Origin: Spirochaetia bacterium
GTDB lineage: Bacteria > Spirochaetota > Spirochaetia > DSM-2461
Direction of reading: 5' to 3'
Assembly: GCA_963666985.2 (NCBI GenBank)
Contig: CAXXIA010000002.1
Location: 1,312,001 to 1,376,000, forward strand
Length of the DNA stretch: 64,000 nt
Below, in pieces: positions 1 through 9,161 of the stretch. How positions within the stretch are numbered: position 1 is the first letter of the stretch; each line of letters starts with the position of its first letter. Both the position numbers and the translations under genes were made by a program. The notes under the pieces are model-generated. The model did no database searches, had not been told where the DNA came from, and saw nothing but the letters and a program-made list of their open reading frames with translations.

Positions 1-137
1 GCCGCGAGATGAAATTTCGCAAAAAGAAAGACTCCCGGGGCCGTAAACGCGGTTTCGGCGCCCATTGCCGCCATCAGGACGGCGAGGAAGAGATATCCGG
101 CAAAAAAATGGCAAACATAATGCAGTCGTCTGGGCAT
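1..137 (-). CDS. 5' part of a probable membrane protein running off the window edge (MPRRLHYVCHFFAGYLFLAVLMAAMG...)
   Basis: Manual translation: open frame from ATG at 137 (in-frame TTG at 143) to position 1, strong GGAGGAGG SD upstream, hydrophobic N-terminus. Confidence 0.5.
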   Translation of the reverse strand, partial: MPRRLHYVCHFFAGYLFLAVLMAAMGAETAFTAPGVFLFAKFHLA

Positions 138-304
138 CTGCAAGGAGCCTCCTCCTCCACATTATCGGAGCGAAAAAGAGCCTCTCTTAGCGATGAGAAT
201 CAAGTTGAAATCGAAAATCGCCGACACGGCGAAAAGAAATCCGCCGCGTGGAAAGAACCCGGAAGAAAGAGGCGCTTTTTCAGAGAAGCATTGGCAGGAG
301 AAAC

Positions 305-1099
305 TCAGAAGAAAATCAGTCCGCACACACCCGCGGGAATCAGATAAACGGCGAAAATCCACAGCTTTCCGTCGGCGATAAGCCAAAGAAGAAGCCGCAG
401 CGAGGCGTAGCCCGCGGCCAAAGCGGCAAGAAATCCGACGGCGAGGGAGAGCACGGGAACGCTTTCGGTGAGTTCGGCCGCGTCCTTCAGAGTCAGAAGG
501 AACGCTCCGCCCACGGCCGGAAGCGAAAGAAGAAATGAAAGCTCTCCGGCACTCTTGCGGTCCAGCCCGCAGAGCAAACCGGAACTGATGGTGCTTCCCG
601 ATCGGCTCACACCCGGGAACACGCCGAGTCCCTGAGCGGCGCCCATGATAAGACTCCGCCCCCATCCGACCGAATTAAGATCGCGGGTGCCGCGGGAGCG
701 TATCGTGGAGAGCAAAAGAACGGCGGTAACGAGAAGGAACGCCGAAACAACCCTGGGATTTTCACGGATCTCCACTCCGGAAATCATCAGTCCGATAACG
801 GCCGTTACCGCGGAGGCCGCCGCCAGCTGTCCGGTCAGAATAAGGTTGGGACGATCCGTTTCGTCCGAACGGCGAACGATCAGTCGGAACAGGGAGACAA
901 GAATGCCCCAAATGCGCTTTCGAAACACCCAGATAACAACAATCAGAGTCGCCATATGCAGAATAACATCGAAAAGAATAGGAATGCCTTCGATGTCCAT
1001 CAAAGCCCTCGCCAGAATCAAATGACCCGACGAAGATACGGGTAAGAATTCCGTTACACCCTGAAGTATTCCGAGCAGCATCGCCTGGACAGCGTTCAT
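305..1099 (-). CDS. uppP: Undecaprenyl-diphosphate phosphatase (BacA family)
   Basis: Motifs LGILQGVTEFLPVSSSGHL and PGVSRSGSTI; multi-TM. Confidence 0.97.
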   Translation of the reverse strand: MNAVQAMLLGILQGVTEFLPVSSSGHLILARALMDIEGIPILFDVILHMATLIVVIWVFRKRIWGILVSLFRLIVRRSDETDRPNLILTGQLAAASAVTAVIGLMISGVEIRENPRVVSAFLLVTAVLLLSTIRSRGTRDLNSVGWGRSLIMGAAQGLGVFPGVSRSGSTISSGLLCGLDRKSAGELSFLLSLPAVGGAFLLTLKDAAELTESVPVLSLAVGFLAALAAGYASLRLLLWLIADGKLWIFAVYLIPAGVCGLIFF

Positions 1100-3273
1100 T
1101 CGGCCTCCTCATTTATCGGAACCATGGGAAGCCCCCAGCGCCGATGGAGAACCCCCGGAGGCTCTCCGGCGTAAAGATATCCGTAGATCGTCGCGGCGGA
1201 CAAGACTTTCCGCACATAAAAGCGCGGTTCAAGAAACGGAATGCTCGCTCCGAAAAGATCTTCACCCAATCCGCCGCTTTCCTGCCTCCAGGCTCGAACC
1301 CGGCCGCCTCCGGCGTTGTAAGAGGCCAGAACATCCACCCATCCGTCCGTCCATTCGCGCTCCCGCAGCCACTCCAGATACGCGGCGCCGAAATGAAGAT
1401 TCGTCGCCGGATCCATGGGGTCGGCATCGGAAGGGTACTTGAGCCGCCGGGCCCATTCCTCCCAGGTGGCGGGCATGAACTGGGAAAGCCCTTGCGCTCC
1501 GGAGCGGCTCACTGCATCCGCGTCCCAGGCGCTCTCGACACGGATTAATCCGTGAAACAATTCCGCGGGGAGTCCCTCGGCCTCGGCCGCTTCGGAAGCC
1601 ATATCCCCATAAGGCAGCGGGTAAACCAAAAGCAGATCGTCTCTTTGAGGAACGAATCCTTCCCGGGCAAAAAGCACTCCGGCCGCACGAATAGAGCGGC
1701 GCGGATCGGTTTCGGCAAGCGCCCTTGAAGTCCTGCGGACAATCCGGTCGGAATAGACATTCGGATCGGACATCAGAAGCTCGTAAGCGGTGTCGATTAA
1801 TCCCCAATCCAACAAAAGCGAAAGAACGGCCTCATCACCGTTCGGCGCGGGAATCCCGGCCGCGGAATCTATAGCGGACGCATCCTCCGCGGACGCCTTT
1901 CCACGACCTTCACGAACTTGCTCTAAATTCGGCGGAAGAATATCCAGCAGACCCGCGGCGCGGAGAGCGGGCCAAGAACGCGGCGCGGCCGAAGCGGCCT
2001 GTTCCAGATATTCCTTCGGCGATACGGAACCGTCCGTGCGGCCTTCCGCCGCGGCGAATGCCAGCAGCCACGCCGCGGTGGACCGTGCCGAAGAAGGCCA
2101 CAGCGCCCCCCACTCCTCGTAGCTGAGTTCCAGAGGTTTCCAATCCCCGCGGCGTACGCACCGATGCAGAAATTCTTCAACAACATCGCCGAATCGCTCC
2201 GGATTGCTCCAGGTTCCCGAAGCCCAGGAAAGAGCCGAAATTTCCTCTTCCGGTGAAATCGAAACATCCGCAAAAAGAACTTTAAGACGATTCCAAACGG
2301 CGCGGTCCCGTTCCAATCCGGGAGGAACGGCACCCGAGGCCGCAAGAAAAGACGCCGCCGACGCACGCGGATCTCCGGCCGACAGGTAAAGTTTTCCGGC
2401 CTGATAAGAAGCCGCATACCTTTTCGCAGAAGTCAAGGATTCGGCACTCCTGTCCAAAAGACGCGCCCAAAGCTCCTCTTTACCGGCCCGCATCGCCGCG
2501 GCGGTTATTTCGCCGAAAACGGGAGTGATTCCTTCGCTTTCACACGATACCGCGAAGGCTTCCGATTCCAGCCAATCCCGATATCCGGCCAATGCGGCCC
2601 GATCCTCTCCGGCGGCATAATTCTTCCTGGCTTCAAGAAGCCGAACATATCCGGTATCAAGAACCTCCGAAACTTCGGAAGGAAGCGGCGAGAGGGCCGA
2701 AGGATCGTCGCAGTGCGAAATAAATCTCTCCAGTTTCGCAATCACCGCCGGAGATTCGGGATTGTTCCCAAAAGCCGCGGCCATTACCGGTGTTTCCCAA
2801 CCTTCTCCCGTAAATGTTTCGAATTCCCGGAGCAGGGCCCGCTCCCGCCCTTCGGCCGCCAAAACCGCGATTCTCGCCCGGCGAAGATTCTCATTATTCC
2901 CCGAGGCCCGTTCGGCCCGGCGAAGAGCCTTCAGCGGATTGGGCAGAGCCCGGGGATTTTCAATCAGCAGAGCCGCGAGGGAGAGCGTTCCGAAGGGATG
3001 AGGATCATACTTGGCCGAACGAATCCGCATATCGAGGGCCACTTCGGGATAGCCGGCCTCTTCGGCGGCGGCGGCAAGCGCGAACCAGGCGCCTTCTCCG
3101 CCGACACGGCCGATATGAAGCAGTTCGGCCGGAGAGCCCGAAGCCGCCGAGACAAGGATATTCTCCGGGACGGCGGCGGAACGCTCAAGTGAATCGGAAT
3201 CACCAACGAGAGGACGGCAGGAGATCACCAGAAAAATAAAAAGGAAAGCGTATATCGAAAAATTTCGCGTCAC
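1096..3273 (-). CDS. Lytic transglycosylase (C-terminal SLT domain), probable lipoprotein with helical N-terminal region
   Basis: IRVES...AVSRSGAQGLSQFMPATW...ASYNAG...EPRFYV SLT motifs; N-terminal lipobox-like LVISC; stop overlaps uppP start (ATGA). Confidence 0.9.
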   Translation of the reverse strand: MTRNFSIYAFLFIFLVISCRPLVGDSDSLERSAAVPENILVSAASGSPAELLHIGRVGGEGAWFALAAAAEEAGYPEVALDMRIRSAKYDPHPFGTLSLAALLIENPRALPNPLKALRRAERASGNNENLRRARIAVLAAEGRERALLREFETFTGEGWETPVMAAAFGNNPESPAVIAKLERFISHCDDPSALSPLPSEVSEVLDTGYVRLLEARKNYAAGEDRAALAGYRDWLESEAFAVSCESEGITPVFGEITAAAMRAGKEELWARLLDRSAESLTSAKRYAASYQAGKLYLSAGDPRASAASFLAASGAVPPGLERDRAVWNRLKVLFADVSISPEEEISALSWASGTWSNPERFGDVVEEFLHRCVRRGDWKPLELSYEEWGALWPSSARSTAAWLLAFAAAEGRTDGSVSPKEYLEQAASAAPRSWPALRAAGLLDILPPNLEQVREGRGKASAEDASAIDSAAGIPAPNGDEAVLSLLLDWGLIDTAYELLMSDPNVYSDRIVRRTSRALAETDPRRSIRAAGVLFAREGFVPQRDDLLLVYPLPYGDMASEAAEAEGLPAELFHGLIRVESAWDADAVSRSGAQGLSQFMPATWEEWARRLKYPSDADPMDPATNLHFGAAYLEWLREREWTDGWVDVLASYNAGGGRVRAWRQESGGLGEDLFGASIPFLEPRFYVRKVLSAATIYGYLYAGEPPGVLHRRWGLPMVPINEEAE

Positions 3274-3297
3274 GTTACGGCTTACATCAACGGCCGG

Positions 3298-3834
3298 TTA
3301 AACGGCGCTGCGGGCGGTGCTGATTACGGACACGGGCGAATCGGCGGGTTCCCGCTTCCCCAAATTCGTAACGGCCAGGGTTAGAAAAAAGATGATTGTC
3401 AGACAGACCGCGACAAACAGCGTTCCGTAAACCCATTTGAGGGGTCCCTTTTTCCAGGAGCCTGATTTTTTCGGCGCTCCGATTCGATGAGAATGTTCCT
3501 CCGGCAAAATCATCTCCAGTCTTTCGGTTATACCGGTATCGACATGAGATACGGCCACGGAGAAGAGTCCGGTCGGCCCGCAGACGGCATCAAGCCGCAA
3601 TTCGATATTCCCCTCATCGGTCGGCAAATCCCTAAATCGGATTGTCCCTATTTCCACGGGCACCGAGCCGTCGGACGGATGATGGAAAAAATGCAAATCC
3701 ACTTCTTCCTGCCCCGGGACGGCGGGAACAACCGACAAATTCCGCGTATCGGGATCTCCATGTTTGAAAACAGGAAAATAATCACCGTCGGCAAGACGAA
3801 GGCTGATTCTCGTGGCATCTGATCCGTCATTCAT
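3298..3834 (-). CDS. Small membrane-anchored protein with an Hsp70/DnaK substrate-binding-domain-like fold
   Basis: PAVPGQEEVDLHFF...IGTIRFRDLP...IELRLDA...GLFSVAVSHVDTG resembles the DnaK SBD-beta pattern; C-terminal TM helix. Confidence 0.6.
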   Translation of the reverse strand: MNDGSDATRISLRLADGDYFPVFKHGDPDTRNLSVVPAVPGQEEVDLHFFHHPSDGSVPVEIGTIRFRDLPTDEGNIELRLDAVCGPTGLFSVAVSHVDTGITERLEMILPEEHSHRIGAPKKSGSWKKGPLKWVYGTLFVAVCLTIIFFLTLAVTNLGKREPADSPVSVISTARSAV

Positions 3835-3840
3835 ATCTCC

Positions 3841-3912
3841 ATCCTAGGATTACACTCTCCGGCTCGTCAAGAACCGGTTTTCTTGACAACACATAATTCG
3901 TATCGACATAAT
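3841..3912. promoter_or_regulatory. Back-to-back divergent sigma70-type promoters
   Basis: + strand TTGACA(3883-3888)-N18-CATAAT(3907-3912); - strand TTGACG(3870-3865)-N18-TAGGAT(3846-3841); the two -35 boxes form the inverted repeat gtcaagaa...ttcttgac. Confidence 0.6.
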
Positions 3913-3919
3913 ACCTTAT

Positions 3920-5296
3920 ATGAGCTTTCTTCCGGTACTGATCATCTCATTGATTTCACTCTCCGCTGTTACCGCGGTTTCCATCGGGCTGAAATCAAAA
4001 AGCGATAAAAAAAAGCGGCACAGCGGTAAATCGCCGGTAAAAGACAGGGCTCAGATTCTCAAGGAAGCCAACCGCCGTTTGGCCTCCAACCCGAAAGATC
4101 CTCAGGCACTCGAATCCCTGGCCGATTTGTATTACGAGGAAGGCGAATACAAAAAAGCCATGCGGACTTATCAGCTTCTTCTGGATCAGGCCGGTTCGTC
4201 TTCGGATTTGGACCAGGCTCGACTGAACCTGCGCTACGGTCTTTCGGCCATGCAAATCGAAGCCTGGGGAGAGGCCTACAAGGGCCTGATGATCGCCAGA
4301 AGCCGGGATCCGGAAAACTTCGAAGTCAACGCGAACCTCGGCAAACTGGAATTCATGCGGAAAAATTACGAAAAATGCGCCGGATTCCTGAAAAAAGTTC
4401 TCCGCTCCCAATCGGATCATCCGGAATCGCTGAAGTATCTCGGAGAAAGTCTCTACAGACTGAAACGCTACAGCGAAGCCGTTCCGTATCTGAGACAGGC
4501 CGTGGCCGCACGTCCCGAAGACAAAGAAACGCTGTACGCCCTGGCCCGATGCCTTTATGAAATTCCTCAGCTTGAAATGGCGCAAAAAATCTTCCGTCAT
4601 CTGCGGACCGATCCGAAATGGGGTCCTAATTCCGCATTGTACTCGGGAACCATCTTTTCCAAAAAACGGGAATGGGAAGAAGCGGCCACCGATTATCAAA
4701 TCGGCCTGCGCCATGAAAACCTGACCGGAGAGCTCCAGCTCGAACTCAAATACCGGCTCGCCGAAGCCTTCAATCAGACAAACCGAATCGATCGAGCCTT
4801 GGCCATTCTCAATGAAATCTACGAAGCGGCGCCCGGCTACAAAGATGTCGCCACCCAGATTAAGCGCTACAGGGAATTAAATTCCAATAAGAATCTGCAA
4901 ATTTATCTTCTGGCTCCCACCAATCAATTCATCGCCCTCTGCCGGAAAATCACTCAGGTCGTGTTCCCGAAAGCCCGGATTAAAATAACCGATATGAACG
5001 TGCAGAAAACCGAGTATGTGGATTTATTAACGGAAGTTAAAACATCCAAATGGGAGGATATTATCCTTTTTCGGTTCATGCGTTCGGAAGGTCAGGTAGG
5101 AGAACTCTTCGTCCGGGATCTTTACGCCCATTCAAAGGAGCTTCACGCGGGCCGGGGATTCTGCTTTACCGCGGGCAACTTCACTTCCGAATCGGCAAAA
5201 TTCGTCGAGGCGCGGCTTATCGATTTGGTGGACAAACCGGCATTGATGAAGTACTTGAAATCCATCGACGCGAGCGCGCTGACGGAACCCGGCTGA
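3920..5296 (+). CDS. Membrane-anchored TPR-repeat protein with C-terminal Mrr-like restriction-endonuclease-fold domain
   Basis: N-terminal TM, many TPR helices, C-terminal VGELFVRDLY...GRGFCFTAGNFT...IDLVD typical of the Mrr_cat fold. Confidence 0.8.
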   Translation: MSFLPVLIISLISLSAVTAVSIGLKSKSDKKKRHSGKSPVKDRAQILKEANRRLASNPKDPQALESLADLYYEEGEYKKAMRTYQLLLDQAGSSSDLDQARLNLRYGLSAMQIEAWGEAYKGLMIARSRDPENFEVNANLGKLEFMRKNYEKCAGFLKKVLRSQSDHPESLKYLGESLYRLKRYSEAVPYLRQAVAARPEDKETLYALARCLYEIPQLEMAQKIFRHLRTDPKWGPNSALYSGTIFSKKREWEEAATDYQIGLRHENLTGELQLELKYRLAEAFNQTNRIDRALAILNEIYEAAPGYKDVATQIKRYRELNSNKNLQIYLLAPTNQFIALCRKITQVVFPKARIKITDMNVQKTEYVDLLTEVKTSKWEDIILFRFMRSEGQVGELFVRDLYAHSKELHAGRGFCFTAGNFTSESAKFVEARLIDLVDKPALMKYLKSIDASALTEPG

Positions 5297-5395
5297 CCGG
5301 GTATCGACCGCGCCGCGTCCTTAAACCCAACAACCGATCCTTAAGTTCGGCGGGAATCGCCGGCGCTTAACGCTTCTCCATGGCGGCACATTCGG

Positions 5396-6064
5396 TTATT
5401 CGGTCCGATTCAGCCGCGCCTTCTTCGGCTCCAGCAGCACCAAATTCCGCTCATCGGCCATTCCGGGAACCGTCATCGGACGGATGTCCAGAAAACCGAT
5501 TTTCTCGGCGTTTTTCCGAAGCTCCTCATCGATAACCTCTCGGCGTCCTTTATAGGCCGCGATAACGCCTCCCGGAGCCAACAGCGGCGCAACGGTATCG
5601 ATCAGTTCGGCATCGATGGAGGCCCATGCCCTGAAGGTCACCACGTCGAAGAGAGCCTCTTTCGGATCGACATCTTCCACGGGCCCTTCGAGTATCCGAA
5701 CATTCGGCAATCCCAATACGGCGATAACGTTCCTTAAGAATCCCGCTCTTTTGCCTGAGCGTTCGATAAGAAAGAAATCCGTTTTGTCCATCCAGACGGC
5801 CAGAGGAATGCCGGGGAATCCCGCTCCGGATCCTATATCCGCGATTCGATGCGGGTCTCTTGCCGTAATCGCGGCCAGTCCGGAGAGACTGTCCAGCACA
5901 TGACGCCCAATCAAATCTTCACCGGCGGCCACCAAACCGTATCGGGGATTCCAAAGTTCAATTTCATCAAGAAATCGGATAATCTTCGCGGCCTTATTCC
6001 CTTCTCCGTCCAGGCCGAGCTTCCGCAGTCCGGACGACAGTATTTCAATTTGTCCTTCGTTCAT
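5396..6064 (-). CDS. rsmG: 16S rRNA m7G527 methyltransferase RsmG (GidB)
   Basis: HVLDSL, ADIGSGAGFPGIPLA, VTFRA, YKG motifs; start placed at ATG 6064 (MNEGQ) just after the mnmE stop. Confidence 0.95.
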   Translation of the reverse strand: MNEGQIEILSSGLRKLGLDGEGNKAAKIIRFLDEIELWNPRYGLVAAGEDLIGRHVLDSLSGLAAITARDPHRIADIGSGAGFPGIPLAVWMDKTDFFLIERSGKRAGFLRNVIAVLGLPNVRILEGPVEDVDPKEALFDVVTFRAWASIDAELIDTVAPLLAPGGVIAAYKGRREVIDEELRKNAEKIGFLDIRPMTVPGMADERNLVLLEPKKARLNRTE

Positions 6065-6080
6065 TCGTCCGCCGTCCGCT

Positions 6081-7475
6081 TTATTTACCGACACAGAATT
6101 CGGAAAAGAGAGTTTCAAGCACATCGGCCCGCGTTACCTCTCCTGTGAGCTCGCCCAAAGACTCCAAAGCATCGGTAAGGTCTTCGGCCAGAAGATCCAC
6201 GGGAACCTCATCAAGCCGATCCGCGCTGTCCAGAAAACGATCCAGGGCATCCGCGGCACGCTCCAGCAGCGCTTTCTGCCTTACCGAATCGATAACGGGG
6301 GCGTCCGCCTCCGGTGACGAGCCGCCGTGAAACGCCGCGTTTATAATCGCCTCTTCCAAATTTTTAAACCCGGCTCCGGTTACGGCACTGACGGGAATCC
6401 ATCCTTCCGGCGCTTCCGGTTCAAGGTCGCTTTTATTCCAAACACGGATAAGCCGCTCCCCGGCCTTTTTCCCCGGAACAGCCGCTTCTTCCCGCTCAAG
6501 TTCCCTCTCAAGAGTCAGGGCCGCATCAGCTCCCGCCGTTGCGTCCGCCACGGCCACAATCAAGTCCGAACCGGCGATGAGGTCCCGTGTTCTTTTCATG
6601 CCTTCCGCTTCGATGGAATCGGCGGCATCGGCCCGAAGACCGGCGGTGTCCGCCAGCCGCAGGGGAATGCCGTTCAGAGCCACCCAGGCTTCCACCCAGT
6701 CCCGAGTGGTGCCCGGGGTATCGGTGACGATGGACCTTTCTTCTTTGAGAAAAAGATTGAACAGTGAAGATTTCCCGGCATTGGCCGGTCCGGCGAAGGC
6801 CGCCAATAAGCCGTCGCGGTACAAACGTCCCGTATTCCATGTGCCGAGTATTTCGCGAAGCGCGGCGGCGGCGGCGGCGATTGATGCGGTATCGAAGGGC
6901 ACGGGTTCGGCTTCGTCTTCGGGATAATCCAGGGCCAGCGAGGCCGTCGCGGCCTGAAGACGCACCGTTTCCTTGACTCTATCGACAACATTCGCAACCG
7001 AGCCGGACAGACGGCCGACGGCCAAAGCCCTGGCCCTATCGGTTCTCGCATCGATAATTTCCCGAACCGCTTCGGCGCGCATCAAATCCATTTTCCCCGA
7101 GGCGAAGGCCCGAAATGTGAACTCACCGGGGCCTGCGTCCCGAAATCCGGCGCGCCTGAGAAGATCCATAATCCGATCGACCACGACGAATCCGCCATGG
7201 CAGGAAATCTCCGCCGAATCCTGGCCCGTGTAGCTCGCCGGAGCGCGGAACACCGAAATCAGCACTTCGTCGATGCGGTTTCCCTCTTCATCCAGAATCC
7301 AGCCGTGATGAACCCTTCCTCCCCGACTTCCGGTAAGGGCATCCGGGCGTGAGAAGAAACCGGCGACGGCTTCAATGCTTCCCAAACCGGAGGTTCTGAC
7401 AACGGCGAGAGCTCCCCGGCCCCTCGGCGTGGCCGTCGCCGCGATGAGGTCGTCGGTCCTGTAATCACCGGTCAT
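6081..7475 (-). CDS. mnmE: tRNA U34 modification GTPase MnmE (TrmE)
   Basis: GPANAGKSS, PGTTRD, DTAG, NKSD, C-terminal FCVGK. Confidence 0.97.
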   Translation of the reverse strand: MTGDYRTDDLIAATATPRGRGALAVVRTSGLGSIEAVAGFFSRPDALTGSRGGRVHHGWILDEEGNRIDEVLISVFRAPASYTGQDSAEISCHGGFVVVDRIMDLLRRAGFRDAGPGEFTFRAFASGKMDLMRAEAVREIIDARTDRARALAVGRLSGSVANVVDRVKETVRLQAATASLALDYPEDEAEPVPFDTASIAAAAAALREILGTWNTGRLYRDGLLAAFAGPANAGKSSLFNLFLKEERSIVTDTPGTTRDWVEAWVALNGIPLRLADTAGLRADAADSIEAEGMKRTRDLIAGSDLIVAVADATAGADAALTLERELEREEAAVPGKKAGERLIRVWNKSDLEPEAPEGWIPVSAVTGAGFKNLEEAIINAAFHGGSSPEADAPVIDSVRQKALLERAADALDRFLDSADRLDEVPVDLLAEDLTDALESLGELTGEVTRADVLETLFSEFCVGK

Positions 7476-8932
7476 TCGGATGCCTGGGCAATCAATTCCG
7501 CCGCGAAAGACCGTCCGAGCTGACGAAAAGCGGCATTCACGGCCTGCCGCCCGTTTCCGGCCCGGCTGGTTTTCGAGATGGTCGATCGATAGACATGAAC
7601 CTGCCGATTGATATCCGAAAGAACGAGTGTCCCGGAAACCCTCACGGTGTATCCGTCACCGTCCTGTTCAAAACTTTCCAGAGAAACGGTACCGAAAATA
7701 ACCCGATCATACCGGGTGGAAAATCGGACATCGGCCTTTAAATCGCGAAGCAGGGCCTTCTCGCTCCTGTCGATCATTTCCCGGGGATCGAGATCCATGA
7801 TTTCCACATCGAATTCGTCGGCTTGAAGATCGCTGAAAAGCCCGTCGGCCGCCGCGCTGGACTCCAGCGGATTCCCGGCCAGATCCGTTTCCAGGATAAG
7901 GATGCCGGTGGGAATCGTCCTGATGGGATTATAAGCTTCGTATGCCGCTTCGGCTTTCGGAGTTTCAAGGGTTGCAACCAGCGTATCGATATGAGGATCT
8001 CCTTCGCCATTCAGATATTCAAGGAGCGGATCGGCGCTGGGTGCGATGGTAACAACCTGCGTGCCGGAATATCGGACTTCGGGCGGACGGAAAATGATAA
8101 AGCCGCGGGCATCGGAGGAAATCCTGACGGAACCTTTGGCCGGTTTTCCTTCGCGGGAAAGGACCGGATAGGTAAGAACGAACTCCGCATTCCCCAAAGG
8201 TTTCCCTCCGGACGATATCGCGAAGATAATCGGTGTTTCCGGTCTGGAACCGACGGAGGCCTTTTCCGGAACGGATTCCACCGTGTATTTCAAATCCAAA
8301 AGAACGAAACCGGCCTGGCGCAGGGCCTGACGGTAGCCGGAAGAATTTCCATTCGTTTCGGCAACTCCGGCCGCCTTCGCCCAGATGAGCGCGGATTCAT
8401 AAAAGTTGCCTTGTTCCGCGGCGGCTTTTGCCCGTTCTTCCAGGTCCCGATAATCGGAACTGCTCACTCCCGTTACATCGGAAAGTTCATCGGCCATGGC
8501 TTCGAAGGCGGCCGCATCCCAAGAAATATCGACAACATAGGAAATCGTCTTATCCGAATTTTCCCAGCCCGCGATGCGAACAACGGAAAAGCCTTCGAGC
8601 ACCGATACGTCCGATGTTGATCTGACGGCCGATTCAACATCCAGCCGAAAGGCGTTCACCTTGGCCGCCCCCTCGGAACTCCAGCGGGATTCATCTCCGA
8701 GGTTCATGGCCGAAATGATCTTTTCCGTTAAATCCTCAATGGCTCCTTCTTTGGCCAAAACCGGGCTTTCATTTCGTGCCTCTCCGCGGAACGCAAGAAA
8801 ACCCTCGGCCGCTTCGGGTGGAACGGATACCCACTCGGGAGGTGCTTCGAGCAATCGAGGTCCGCCTGCGCATGAAAAAATCAGCAGGGAAAACAGGAGA
8901 AGCAAGAGGAATGTAAACGAGCGTATTTTCAT
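7472..8932 (-). CDS. Uncharacterised lipoprotein (LPP20-like N-terminal region)
   Basis: Signal peptide with lipobox LIFSC followed by PPEWV; start at ATG 8932; stop overlaps mnmE start (ATGA). Confidence 0.7.
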   Translation of the reverse strand: MKIRSFTFLLLLLFSLLIFSCAGGPRLLEAPPEWVSVPPEAAEGFLAFRGEARNESPVLAKEGAIEDLTEKIISAMNLGDESRWSSEGAAKVNAFRLDVESAVRSTSDVSVLEGFSVVRIAGWENSDKTISYVVDISWDAAAFEAMADELSDVTGVSSSDYRDLEERAKAAAEQGNFYESALIWAKAAGVAETNGNSSGYRQALRQAGFVLLDLKYTVESVPEKASVGSRPETPIIFAISSGGKPLGNAEFVLTYPVLSREGKPAKGSVRISSDARGFIIFRPPEVRYSGTQVVTIAPSADPLLEYLNGEGDPHIDTLVATLETPKAEAAYEAYNPIRTIPTGILILETDLAGNPLESSAAADGLFSDLQADEFDVEIMDLDPREMIDRSEKALLRDLKADVRFSTRYDRVIFGTVSLESFEQDGDGYTVRVSGTLVLSDINRQVHVYRSTISKTSRAGNGRQAVNAAFRQLGRSFAAELIAQASE

Positions 8933-9161
8933 TCTATATCCGTATTTCCATGACGTTTTGCCGTCGTTCACATTATCCGCCAACAACGGCTTTTTTTCCA
9001 GCGGACTTTCATATTACGACTTTTTTTTGGACAAATTCTTCAAAAATGCAGGCTCTTATGCGTAAAGTGAAAACATAAGAGCTTATTAGAAATCGCTTGA
9101 TTACTTTCGAACGGGTTCGGCGGCTCCGATCGGCCGGCCGCCTACACCGCAGCCCGCCGAT

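Noticed and set aside
3920..5296. Anti-phage restriction system based on the Mrr-like domain
   Set aside because: Housekeeping neighbourhood, no methyltransferase or defence partners, and an apparently degenerate active site.
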